A stretch of DNA of 62,192 nt from a bacterium (GTDB taxonomy: Bacteria; Actinomycetota; UBA4738; HRBIN12). The notes beneath the pieces were generated by a model. That model was given only the letters and a program-made list of their open reading frames with translations. It searched no databases and had not been told where the DNA came from. The stretch spans positions 1 to 62,192 of the forward strand of contig JBKPTC010000073.1 of assembly GCA_046735355.1 (NCBI GenBank), written 5' to 3'. A program made the position numbers and the translations under genes. This document shows, one piece after another, positions 30,890 through 42,174 of this stretch. How positions within the stretch are numbered: the stretch's first letter is position 1; every line of letters starts with the position of its first letter.

Positions 30890-32296
30890 GTGAAGCACAA
30901 CTCAGGTCCCGGCCGAGGCGTGGTCGTCGTCGACCGCCGCCCGCTCGAGCGGAGCCTCGTCCGGTTCATCTTGCAGGAGAACGGTTTCGAGGTGACGGCG
31001 GAGGCCGCCACCCCGGCCGAGGCGCTCCGCGCCGTCGAGCGCCGGGCCCCCGCCGTGGTCGTCCTGCACGAGAACGCCGCGTGGGAACGCGGCCAGCCGA
31101 CCATCCCGCTGCTCCGCGATCTGCTCCCCGACGCCAAGGTCGTCGTCATCGCCCCCGCCTACGGCGTCGTGCGCGTGGAGCTCCTCCGCGACGCGGACGC
31201 GGTGCTCGAGGAGGGCGTCGGATTCAAGGACCTCCCGTTCGTGATGGGCCGCCTGTCCAACGGCGAGGTCGCCAAGCCGGTCGCGGACGCGGCGCCGGTC
31301 GTCGAGCCGGCGCCGGTGACCTCTCGCGACCGCGCCCGATGGGTGGACCGCGTGCAGGGCGCGACGGTCGCGGCGGTCGTGTTCCTCGCCGTCGCGATCG
31401 CCGGCGGGTTCGCGCTGCCGACCCGCGACGCCGGGCCCTCGGCGCGGATCGCGCTCACACGAGCGCAGACGCATCTCGAGGGGGTCGACGCGGCCGCGAA
31501 CTCCGGCGACGTCGATCGCGTGCTGGAGGAGGCCGTGGACCTGTACCACGCGTACACCACGGCCTCGGATGCCGGCGCCGACACCAGCGTGCTCCAGGCC
31601 GAGATCGCCGCGCTCATGAACCGCATCGTTCCGGACCTTCCCGCGTCGGCGCAGCACACGTTGACCGCGCTGTTCGGCGATCTTCCCGGCGTCACCGTGT
31701 CGCCCGCGCCGACCGACGTTCCCTCGCCGCTCCCGTCGCCGACGCCGAGCGAAACCGAGTCGCCGACGCCGAGCGAGACGGAGTCGCCCGACCAACAGCA
31801 GTCGGCCGAACCGCCGCCGCCGTCACCCACCCCTCCGCCGGAGACGCAGACCGAGTCGCCTCCGCAGACGGAGACGGAGACGCCGTCGCCGACGAACACG
31901 GAGACGCAGACCGAGTCGCCGACGCCGAGCGAGACCGAGTCGCCGTCGCCGTCGCCGACGGAGTCGCCGTCCCCGTCGCCGACCGAGTCGCCGTCCCCGA
32001 CGGAGTCACCATCGCCGAGCGAGACGAAGACGGATTCGCCGTCGCCGACCGAGAGCAAGAGCGAGTCGCCCTCGCCGAGCGAAACGCCTACGACGACGCC
32101 ACCGACCACCGAACCGCCGACCACGCCGCCGACGACGCCGCCGAGCACCGAGCCGCCGACGCCGTCCTCACCCGACGTCACGGCGGCGCGAACGGATGAC
32201 GGCGAGGGCGCCTCCGCCGCCGCGCTGATCGTGTGGCCGGGTCTCGGGCTGCTCGTGAGCGCGGTCGCGCGGCGTCGCGCTCGACGCGCCGGCTGA
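30890..32296 (+). CDS. Membrane protein: receiver-like (probably pseudo-receiver) domain, TM helix, helical region, Ser/Pro/Thr/Glu-rich repeat region, C-terminal hydrophobic anchor
   Basis: 468 aa with a GTG start. The N-terminus VVVVDRRPLERSLVRFILQENGFEV...PAVVVLHEN...KVVVIAP has a CheY-like beta/alpha periodicity, but His/Glu sits where the phospho-Asp is expected. TM segment: ATVAAVVFLAVAIAGGF. The C-terminus is AAALIVWPGLGLLVSAVARRRARRAG. Confidence 0.6.
   Translation: MKHNSGPGRGVVVVDRRPLERSLVRFILQENGFEVTAEAATPAEALRAVERRAPAVVVLHENAAWERGQPTIPLLRDLLPDAKVVVIAPAYGVVRVELLRDADAVLEEGVGFKDLPFVMGRLSNGEVAKPVADAAPVVEPAPVTSRDRARWVDRVQGATVAAVVFLAVAIAGGFALPTRDAGPSARIALTRAQTHLEGVDAAANSGDVDRVLEEAVDLYHAYTTASDAGADTSVLQAEIAALMNRIVPDLPASAQHTLTALFGDLPGVTVSPAPTDVPSPLPSPTPSETESPTPSETESPDQQQSAEPPPPSPTPPPETQTESPPQTETETPSPTNTETQTESPTPSETESPSPSPTESPSPSPTESPSPTESPSPSETKTDSPSPTESKSESPSPSETPTTTPPTTEPPTTPPTTPPSTEPPTPSSPDVTAARTDDGEGASAAALIVWPGLGLLVSAVARRRARRAG
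31700..32175 (+). repeat. Degenerate tandem coding repeats (SPTPSETE / SPSPTE / PPTT units)
   Basis: GAGTCGCC(G/C)(A/T)CGCCGAGCGA(A/G)ACC-type units recur many times. Translation: ...SPTPSETESPTPSETESP...TESPSPSPTESPSPSPTESPSPTESPSPSE...PPTTEPPTTPPTTPP. Confidence 0.8.
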
Positions 32297-32314
32297 CCGA
32301 TCAGCAGGCCGAGA

Positions 32315-35051
<2,737 letters not shown>

Positions 35052-35233
35052 GCCGCCTCCGTTCGACCGCTCGACCGTGGATCCATCGACCCGCGCGCAG
35101 CGGGTCGTCACCATTGCTTATCGGCGACTCGCCCGGTCTCGCACGACTCCTCCCACGGAGGATTTTCTGGCCCACGAGGCGGCGGACGCGGCCATCCCCC
35201 GGCCGGGGGACGAAACCGGTACCGAAGACGAGG

Positions 35234-35263
35234 GAGACCGGGGTCGGAATCGACCCCGGTCTC
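35234..35263. terminator. Strong hairpin downstream of the 35346..35975 gene
   Basis: GAGACCGGGGTCG (35234-35246), loop GAAT, CGACCCCGGTCTC (35251-35263): a perfect 13-bp stem. It lies 83 nt past the minus-strand stop at 35346. Confidence 0.45.
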
Positions 35264-35345
35264 GTCTCGATGCGCTACCGGCTGAGATCTACCGGCTCAT
35301 GTTCTCGGGCCGCCCCGGGTGCGCCGGGCTCGGCCCCGACATCGA

Positions 35346-35975
35346 TCAGTAGCGGTCGGTGCCGGTTCGCGGCACGTCCCGTTCCTCGTCGACGACGTCG
35401 GTCCGGCGGTCATCGGGTGTCATCGTCTGGTACATGCCCTCGTCGCGGGGCGAGGCGCCACCGAGCGCACCGCCGAGCGCCGCCAGCACGAAGCCGACGA
35501 GCGCGGTCCAGAACCCGGCCCACAGGCCGGTGTCCGCGGCGTGCGATGCGGCGACGGCCTGGCCGCCGTTCGCGCCGGCCTGCGTGATGCCGCCGACGAT
35601 GTTGCCGCCGAACGCCGCCGCGCCACCGAGGACCGACGGAACGCCGATCAACAGCGACACCGTCAGCATCAGGCCCCAGACGGTCATCCCGTTCAGGAGG
35701 CCCGGTGCCCATCCGCGGACGCCCGGCGCCCAACCGGCGAGGAATCCGCCCACGAGGAGCGCGAACATCGCCGAGCCGGCGAGGTACCACTCGATGTTGT
35801 CGCGGACCGCGGCGACCTCGGAGCCATATCCGAGCGCCAGCCACAGGGCCGACAGGAGCACGGTGATCGCGAGCGCCCACACGGCGCCTGCGAAGACCGA
35901 GCCCCAGTGGATCAGCGTGCGTCCGCGTGGAGCGGCGCCGTACGTGGTCGACCGTGTCGAGGCGACGTAGCTCAT
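35346..35975 (-). CDS. Glycine-rich integral membrane protein (hypothetical)
   Basis: Part of ORF 35346..36101. The ATG at 35975 has the SD CTGGAGGTGTTGGAATG. There are about 4 TM helices (AVWALAITVLLSALWLALG, SAMFALLVGGFLAGW, VWGLMLTVSLLIGV, WTALVGFVLAALGGALGG). Confidence 0.6.
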   Translation of the reverse strand: MSYVASTRSTTYGAAPRGRTLIHWGSVFAGAVWALAITVLLSALWLALGYGSEVAAVRDNIEWYLAGSAMFALLVGGFLAGWAPGVRGWAPGLLNGMTVWGLMLTVSLLIGVPSVLGGAAAFGGNIVGGITQAGANGGQAVAASHAADTGLWAGFWTALVGFVLAALGGALGGASPRDEGMYQTMTPDDRRTDVVDEERDVPRTGTDRY

Positions 35976-36073
35976 TCCAACACCTCCAGGGGGTCTGTTG
36001 GTAGCGCGTCCGCACGTCGCGGACGCGTTCGTCCCAGAGGTTCGTACCCGCCGCATCGAAGCGGCACACGGCA

Positions 36074-36844
36074 TCACGCGGCGATACGGACGAACTCCCA
36101 CGCCGGCCCGGCGACGTCGAACCCGAGCCGCGCGTACAGGTGCTTCGGCCAGTCCTCGTCGTCGGCGACGAGGAACACGACATCGGCGCCCGCCTCGCGG
36201 CCGGCCGCGGCCGCCGCGAGCACGACCGCGGTCGCCACGCCGCGCCCGCGGAACTCCTCGAGCGTGTTCACGTCCTCGATCTGCGCGACGCCGTCGCCGA
36301 CGTACAGCTCACAGACGCCGGCCAACCGGCCGTCGATCCTCGCCACGAAGAAGGCGGCGCCGGCCTCCCGCTCGGCGACGTCCTTGAATCCCACGAGCTC
36401 GCGGAGCACGGCCTCGTCGGGCGAGACCTCCGTGCGCCGCCCGATGACCTCGGCGAGCGGGCGCGCGACGTCGAACGGCACCCGCTCTACGTGCAGTCGT
36501 GACGAGCGCTCCGGTTCGCGGTCCTGCGTCATGACGATCAGACGGTGGACGTTCCATCCGAGCTCGAGGAACCCCGCCGCGAGCGGCCGGCCGGCCTCGC
36601 CGTCGGCGTTCACCTTGCGATGGCCGAGCCCGAGGGCTCCGAGCCGGCCGTCGGCCTCGGCCGCCAGCGTCTGCGCGTGGGGCGGGTAGGCGTCGAGCGC
36701 GACCCACAACAGGTTGCTGCTGTACCGATGGGGCATGGTGTCGTTGCGGTACACGGTCCCCCACTCGAACGGCTCGACGTCCGTGGACGTCCGACGCATC
36801 ACGTCGTGCTCGAGCGCGATCGCCCGCCGGAACGCGTCGCTCAT
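36074..36844 (-). CDS. GNAT family N-acetyltransferase
   Basis: 256 aa. The C-terminal acetyl-CoA motif is IEDVNTLEEFRGRGVATAVVLAAA. The ATG overlaps the mazG stop (ATGA). Confidence 0.75.
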   Translation of the reverse strand: MSDAFRRAIALEHDVMRRTSTDVEPFEWGTVYRNDTMPHRYSSNLLWVALDAYPPHAQTLAAEADGRLGALGLGHRKVNADGEAGRPLAAGFLELGWNVHRLIVMTQDREPERSSRLHVERVPFDVARPLAEVIGRRTEVSPDEAVLRELVGFKDVAEREAGAAFFVARIDGRLAGVCELYVGDGVAQIEDVNTLEEFRGRGVATAVVLAAAAAGREAGADVVFLVADDEDWPKHLYARLGFDVAGPAWEFVRIAA

Positions 36845-37698
36845 CGCGACGCGCGGAACAAGCGTCGGACCTCGTCCTCCGGCATCGCGTCGAGATCCAA
36901 CCCGCGCTCCCGCACCGTCGCCATGAACCGTTCGTACCGTCGCGCGAAGCCCGCGATCGTGCGACGGAGGGCGCTCTCGGCATCGACGCCGTGCTTCCGC
37001 GCGAGGGCCGCCGTCGCGAACAGCACGTCACCGATCTCCTCCTCCGCCTCGGCGGCATCCCGCACGCGCGCGAGCTCGTCGACCTCCTCCCGGAGCGCCT
37101 GCAACGCCGAGTCGACGGAGCGCCACTCGAAGCCCCAGCCCGCGGCACGCCGCTGCACCTTCGCCGCGCGCGCGAGCGACGGCAGCGTGGGCGGGATGTC
37201 CTCGTCGATCGGCGGCGCCTGCGTCGTCTCGGGGCTCGCGGCGGCCCGCTCCTCGGCCTTGATGCGCTCCCAGTTCACGAGCACCTCGTCGGCGCCCGAC
37301 ACCTCGACCTCGCCGAACACGTGCGGATGCCGCCGGATGAGCTTCCGGACGATCCCCTCCGCGACGTCGTCGACATCCCACGCGCCGTCGTCCGCCGCCA
37401 TCTGCGCGTGAAACACCACCTGCAGCAACACGTCGCCGAGCTCCTCGCGCAGCCGATCGCCGTCGTCTGCGTCGATCGCCTCGAGCGCTTCGTGCGTCTC
37501 CTCGAGCAGATGGCGCGCGAGCGATCGATGCGTCTGCTCGCGATCCCACGGGCATCCGTCGGGCCCGCGCAGACGCGCCATCACACGGACGAGGTCGAGG
37601 AGGCGCTCGCCGTGGCGGCTCGACGGAACGGCCCCGCCCGGCACGTCGTCGAGGACGCCGTCGGACCCGTCGTCGCGCGCTTCCTGCGCGCGTGTCAC
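36841..37698 (-). CDS. mazG: Nucleoside triphosphate pyrophosphohydrolase MazG
   Basis: This is the 3' part of ORF 36841..38739. The GTG at 37698 overlaps the upstream stop (GTGA). Contains LRGPDGCPWDREQTHRSLARHLLEETHEALEAID, EELGDVLLQVVFHA and RRHPHVF, plus a second MazG repeat EEIGDVLFA. Confidence 0.85.
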   Translation of the reverse strand: MTRAQEARDDGSDGVLDDVPGGAVPSSRHGERLLDLVRVMARLRGPDGCPWDREQTHRSLARHLLEETHEALEAIDADDGDRLREELGDVLLQVVFHAQMAADDGAWDVDDVAEGIVRKLIRRHPHVFGEVEVSGADEVLVNWERIKAEERAAASPETTQAPPIDEDIPPTLPSLARAAKVQRRAAGWGFEWRSVDSALQALREEVDELARVRDAAEAEEEIGDVLFATAALARKHGVDAESALRRTIAGFARRYERFMATVRERGLDLDAMPEDEVRRLFRASR

Positions 37699-38696
37699 GG
37701 CGTGGCGGACGCGCTCGAGGCCGCGGTGGCCGACGCGGCCGTCTGCGTCGACCGCACCGGAACGACCTGCCCGGTCTGCTCGTCCAGACGTCCGTATCGC
37801 GGGTTCACCCGGATCTCCGCGTTCGCGAGCCGATCCTGCAGCCACGACGAGAACGCCTGCGACCGGAGCGACCCGGCGAGCTGCTCCTTCACCTGATCGA
37901 ACGGCTGCACGTCCTTGCTCACCAGGAGGATCACGTGCCATCCGAACTGCGATTGCACGGGGCCGGAGATCTGCCCGGGCGACAGCGCGAGCGCTCCCTG
38001 GACGAATCCCTGGTCGAGCTGCGAGGCCGGCAGCGTTCCAAGGTCGCCGCCGTTCGCGGCCGATTGCGTGTCGATCGAGTACTTCTTCGCGAGCCGTGCG
38101 AAGTTTCCGGTCGTCGCCTCGGCCGCGATCCGCTGCGCCAAGGACTTCGACTTGACGAGGATGTGCTTGGCGTGGATCTCGACGAACTGCTGGCGCTGCT
38201 GATCGTAAGCCTGGCGCAGCTGGGAGTCCGTGACGGTCGCCGAGCCGATCGCCTCCTCCGCCCGGTTGAACAGCAGCCGCCGGCGAGCGAGCGCGAGCAG
38301 CTGCGCGCGCGTGACGCCGTTCGCGTTCAGCTTCTCGTCGAGCTTCGAGGCGCCGCCGAGGCTCGACTCGAGCTGCGAGATCGCACCGTTGACGCTGTCG
38401 TTCGAGACGCTGAGGTGGTGCGTGTGCGCGTAGTGCAGCACCAGATCGTCGAGGATCAGGTTCGAGAGCGTGAACCGCGCACACGCCGCGTCGGACGTCT
38501 CGCCGCGCTGCGGCTGCCCGCACGGCTGCTGCTGCAGGCTGCTCAGGAAGGTGTACATCGAGACCTGATCCTCGAGCTGCGCATCGCTGATCGACTCCCC
38601 GTCCACCACGGCGGCGGGCGGGCGGGCCGACCCGCATGCCGACAGCGCGACGACGGCGACGAGCGACAAGAGGGAGAGGCGGAGCGGGGGGCGCAT
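37695..38696 (-). CDS. Lipoprotein, parvulin-type PPIase/chaperone (PrsA/SurA-like)
   Basis: 333 aa. The lipobox is VVALSAC. The parvulin core is HAKHILVKS....A........F..LAKKYS.D..SA..GGDLG........F.......L..G..S.PV.S.FGWH.I. Confidence 0.8.
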   Translation of the reverse strand: MRPPLRLSLLSLVAVVALSACGSARPPAAVVDGESISDAQLEDQVSMYTFLSSLQQQPCGQPQRGETSDAACARFTLSNLILDDLVLHYAHTHHLSVSNDSVNGAISQLESSLGGASKLDEKLNANGVTRAQLLALARRRLLFNRAEEAIGSATVTDSQLRQAYDQQRQQFVEIHAKHILVKSKSLAQRIAAEATTGNFARLAKKYSIDTQSAANGGDLGTLPASQLDQGFVQGALALSPGQISGPVQSQFGWHVILLVSKDVQPFDQVKEQLAGSLRSQAFSSWLQDRLANAEIRVNPRYGRLDEQTGQVVPVRSTQTAASATAASSASATP

Positions 38697-41600
38697 CAGC
38701 CGGCGATGCTAACAGAGGGTCGCTGCGCGCCGGTCGCATCCAGCAGCGCGGACTCGATCCGAGCCGGCAGCTCGGCGCCGGGAACGCGTGCGGCCGGCAC
38801 GTTGAGCGTCTGCGTCGTCCGGTGGTACGCGGCGCCCGGCACTCGAGACGCGACGGCGCGCTCGTCCTCGTCCGACAACGCGAGCGGCTTCGCGCGAACC
38901 TCGTCGCGATACGTCGTGACCTCGGTGACGCCGAGCCGATCGCACGTGATGCGCAGCGACCCGACCGCGAGGAGCGTCTGCACCTCCTGCGGGAGCTGCC
39001 CGAACCGGTCCTCCGCCTCGGCGCGCACCTCCGCGAGCCGCTCGTGGTCCCCCGCCGTCGCGACGTTGCGGTAGAGCTCGAGCCGCAGCGCCTCCTGTCC
39101 GACCCATCCGACGGGAACGAACGCCTTCACCGGCAGATCGATGCGGATGTCCCTGTCGGCGGGCAGCGGCTCGCCGCGCATCTCGGCGACGGACTCCTTG
39201 AGCAGACGCGCGTAGGTGTCGAATCCGACGGCCGCGATGTGGCCGTGCTGCTCGGCGCCGAGGATGTTGCCGGCGCCGCGGATCTCCAGATCGCGCAGCG
39301 CGATCTGGAAGCCGGACCCGAGCGCCGTGTGCTTGCTGATCGTCGCGAGCCGCTCGTGCGCCTCCTCGGTGAGCGACTGCGCCGGTGGGAAGAAGAAGTA
39401 CGCGAACGCACGCTCGGTCGAACGCCCGACGCGCCCGCGGAGCTGATACATCTGCGCCAGACCCAGCCGGTCGGCGCGATCGACGACGAGCGTGTTGGCG
39501 CTCGGAACGTCGAGACCCGACTCGATGATCGTCGTGCACACGAGCACGTCGGCGGCGCGGTCCCAGAACCGCATCATGCGCTGCTCGAGCATGTCCTCGT
39601 CCATCTGACCGTGCGCGACGACGACGCGCGCGTCGGGCAGCTCGTCCTGCAGCCACGCCGCCTGGCGGTCGACGGTCGCGACGCGGTTGTGGACCCAGAA
39701 CACCTGGCCGCCGCGCAGGAGCTCGCGCCGAACGGCGCCGAGCGCGAGGTCCTCCTGGTACGGGCCGACGTACGTCAGCACGGGCTGACGATCCTCCGGC
39801 GGCGTGTCGACGACGCTCATGTCGCGGATCCCGGTGAGCGCCATCTCCAGCGTGCGCGGGATCGGCGTCGCGGTCATCGTGAGCACGTCGACGTGCGCGC
39901 GCAGCTTCTTCAACCGCTCCTTGTGCGACACGCCGAACCGCTGCTCTTCGTCCACGACGAGCAGCCCGAGGTCCTTAAACTTCACGTCGGTGCTCAGCAG
40001 CCGGTGCGTCCCGACGAGCACGTCGACGTTGCCGCGCTCGACGTCGCGCAGGATCTCGCGCTGCTCCGCCGGAGACACGAACCGCGACAGCATCTTCACG
40101 GTGACGGGGAACGCCGAGAACCGCTCGGAGAACGTGATGAAGTGCTGCTCGGCCAGCAGCGTCGTCGGGACCAGCACCGCCACCTGCGTGCCGTCCATCA
40201 CCGCCTTGAACGCGGCACGGACCGCGATCTCCGTCTTCCCGTAGCCGACGTCGCCGCAGATCAGCCGGTCCATCGGCCGGTCACGCTCCATGTCGCGCTT
40301 GACCTCGTCGATCGCCGATACTTGGTCACGCGTCTCCTCGTGCTGGAACGCGTCCTCCATCTCGGCCTGCCACGGCGTGTCCGGTCCGAACGCGTGCCCG
40401 GGCACGCTCATGCGCACCGAGTACAGACGGACGAGCTCGCCGGCCATGTCGCGTACGGCGCGTTTGACCTTCGTCGTCGTCTTGACCCAGTCGCTGGTTC
40501 CGAGCCGTGAAAGGCGCGGCTGCTCGCCACCGACGTACCGCGCGACCATCCCGACCTGATCGGTCGGAACGCTGAGCCGGTCGCCCGACGCGTACTCGAG
40601 CACCATGTAGTCGCGTTCGCTGCCGCCGATCGCCCGCCGGTGGATCCCGACGAAGCGCGCCACCCCGTGCACGCGGTGGACGGCGTAGTCGCCGGGCGTG
40701 AGCTCGGCGGCGACGGCGTCGGTCCGGCGCTTCGTCATGCGCGGAGCCGAGCGCGTGTGCCGGCGAGATCCGAAGACGTCCTCCTCGGTCGCGACGGCGA
40801 GACGCCCGGGACCGAACACGAACCCGCCTGCCACGTCGGCCTCGAGCGCGATCGCGTCGGCGCTCGCGTCACCCTCAACGAGCCGCAGGCCCGCCTCGGC
40901 GACCACCTCGCGCGCTCGCTCGAGGCTCCCGTGCGCCGACGCGGTCACGACGACGCGGTGCCGCCGCTCGTGCAGCTCGACCAGCCGTCGGGCCAGCTCC
41001 GGCGCGTTGCCCTGCGCCGTGCCCCACGATTCGAGCCCGAGATCGAGACCCTCGGCGAACTCCGTCAGATGCAGGCGCGTGTGAGGCTCGAGCGCGTCAT
41101 CGAGGTCGACCACGACGTCGGGGCCGGGCCACGCCGACGCCTCTGCCAGGGCGCGAGCGTCCTCGACGGCCTGTCGAGCGCGGTCGTGTGTTCGACGAGC
41201 CTGCACGAGCACCACCCAGCCGCCGTCGGGCACGAGCTCGGGAAGCGCGGGCATCCGCTCGAGCAGCAGCGGCGCGAGCGCCTCCGAACCCTCGAACACC
41301 AGACCGTCCGCGAACCGCGTCAGCTGATCGCGGAACCGGTCGACGTACCGGGGAGCGAGCTCGGACGCGCGGGCGCGAAGCTCCGGCGTCGGAACGAGCT
41401 CCCGCACCGGGTGGATCTCGGCGTGGACGAGCGGATCGGCCGAGCGCTGCGTCGCCGGCACGAACGACCGGAGCGACTCGATCTCGTCGCCCCAGAACTC
41501 GGCGCGGACGGGCCGCCGGGCGCTGCCCGGAAAGACGTCGAGGACGCCGCCGCGCACCGCGAACTCGCCTCGATGCTCGACGACGTCGGCGCGGACGTAC

Positions 41601-42073
41601 CCGAGCTCGACGAGCCGGTCGGCGATCGCGTCGAGCGACAGCTCGCGTCCGCGCGCGAGCGCGAGCGGCTCGGTCTCGCCGAGATCCGGCACGATCCGCT
41701 GGACGACCGCGGCGGCCGGCGCCGCGAGGACGAACGGCCCGCGGGAGCGGCGAAGCGCCCGGAGCGCCGACGACCGATGCGACGAGATCTCGGCGCCCGG
41801 ATTGATCCCCTCGTACGGCAGCGCCTCCCACGCCGGAAACGACGCGGCTCGATCCGGCCCGAGGTACGCCCCGGCGCCGCGCGCGAGCGCATCCGCCTCG
41901 CGTGGTCCGGGCGCGACGGCGAGGACGGGCGCGTCGAGCGAGCGGGCGAGCGCCGCGACGACGAAGTCGTGGCCGGCCTCGGCGCGCGCGACGATCGGTC
42001 GGGCGCGCTCGAGCAGGAGCCGTTCGAACGGCTCCGAGCCGATCAGATCGTCGAGCAGCCTCGCCGGATCCAT
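38696..42073 (-). CDS. mfd: Transcription-repair coupling factor
   Basis: 1125 aa. Contains the RNAP-interaction/CarD-like region (GDYAVHRVHGVARF), the helicase motifs CGDVGYGKTE, LLVVDEEQRFGV, MTATPIPRT and QLRGRVGRS, and a TRG-like C-terminus. Confidence 0.95.
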   Translation of the reverse strand: MDPARLLDDLIGSEPFERLLLERARPIVARAEAGHDFVVAALARSLDAPVLAVAPGPREADALARGAGAYLGPDRAASFPAWEALPYEGINPGAEISSHRSSALRALRRSRGPFVLAAPAAAVVQRIVPDLGETEPLALARGRELSLDAIADRLVELGYVRADVVEHRGEFAVRGGVLDVFPGSARRPVRAEFWGDEIESLRSFVPATQRSADPLVHAEIHPVRELVPTPELRARASELAPRYVDRFRDQLTRFADGLVFEGSEALAPLLLERMPALPELVPDGGWVVLVQARRTHDRARQAVEDARALAEASAWPGPDVVVDLDDALEPHTRLHLTEFAEGLDLGLESWGTAQGNAPELARRLVELHERRHRVVVTASAHGSLERAREVVAEAGLRLVEGDASADAIALEADVAGGFVFGPGRLAVATEEDVFGSRRHTRSAPRMTKRRTDAVAAELTPGDYAVHRVHGVARFVGIHRRAIGGSERDYMVLEYASGDRLSVPTDQVGMVARYVGGEQPRLSRLGTSDWVKTTTKVKRAVRDMAGELVRLYSVRMSVPGHAFGPDTPWQAEMEDAFQHEETRDQVSAIDEVKRDMERDRPMDRLICGDVGYGKTEIAVRAAFKAVMDGTQVAVLVPTTLLAEQHFITFSERFSAFPVTVKMLSRFVSPAEQREILRDVERGNVDVLVGTHRLLSTDVKFKDLGLLVVDEEQRFGVSHKERLKKLRAHVDVLTMTATPIPRTLEMALTGIRDMSVVDTPPEDRQPVLTYVGPYQEDLALGAVRRELLRGGQVFWVHNRVATVDRQAAWLQDELPDARVVVAHGQMDEDMLEQRMMRFWDRAADVLVCTTIIESGLDVPSANTLVVDRADRLGLAQMYQLRGRVGRSTERAFAYFFFPPAQSLTEEAHERLATISKHTALGSGFQIALRDLEIRGAGNILGAEQHGHIAAVGFDTYARLLKESVAEMRGEPLPADRDIRIDLPVKAFVPVGWVGQEALRLELYRNVATAGDHERLAEVRAEAEDRFGQLPQEVQTLLAVGSLRITCDRLGVTEVTTYRDEVRAKPLALSDEDERAVASRVPGAAYHRTTQTLNVPAARVPGAELPARIESALLDATGAQRPSVSIAG

Positions 42074-42174
42074 GCACCCCGATCCCGCACCGCACAGCGC
42101 GAAGAGGCCTCGCCGCGGCGCGGCGGGGCCTGACCGGACTCAAGTGTAGGGCCGGCCGCGCGAACGAGCGCGGG

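Noticed and set aside
31159-32181. A 340-aa minus-strand ORF with GDGDSV repeats.
   Set aside because: It is a mirror image of the plus-strand SPTPSETE repeat region. The plus frame is continuous with a recognisable receiver-like domain and TM helices.
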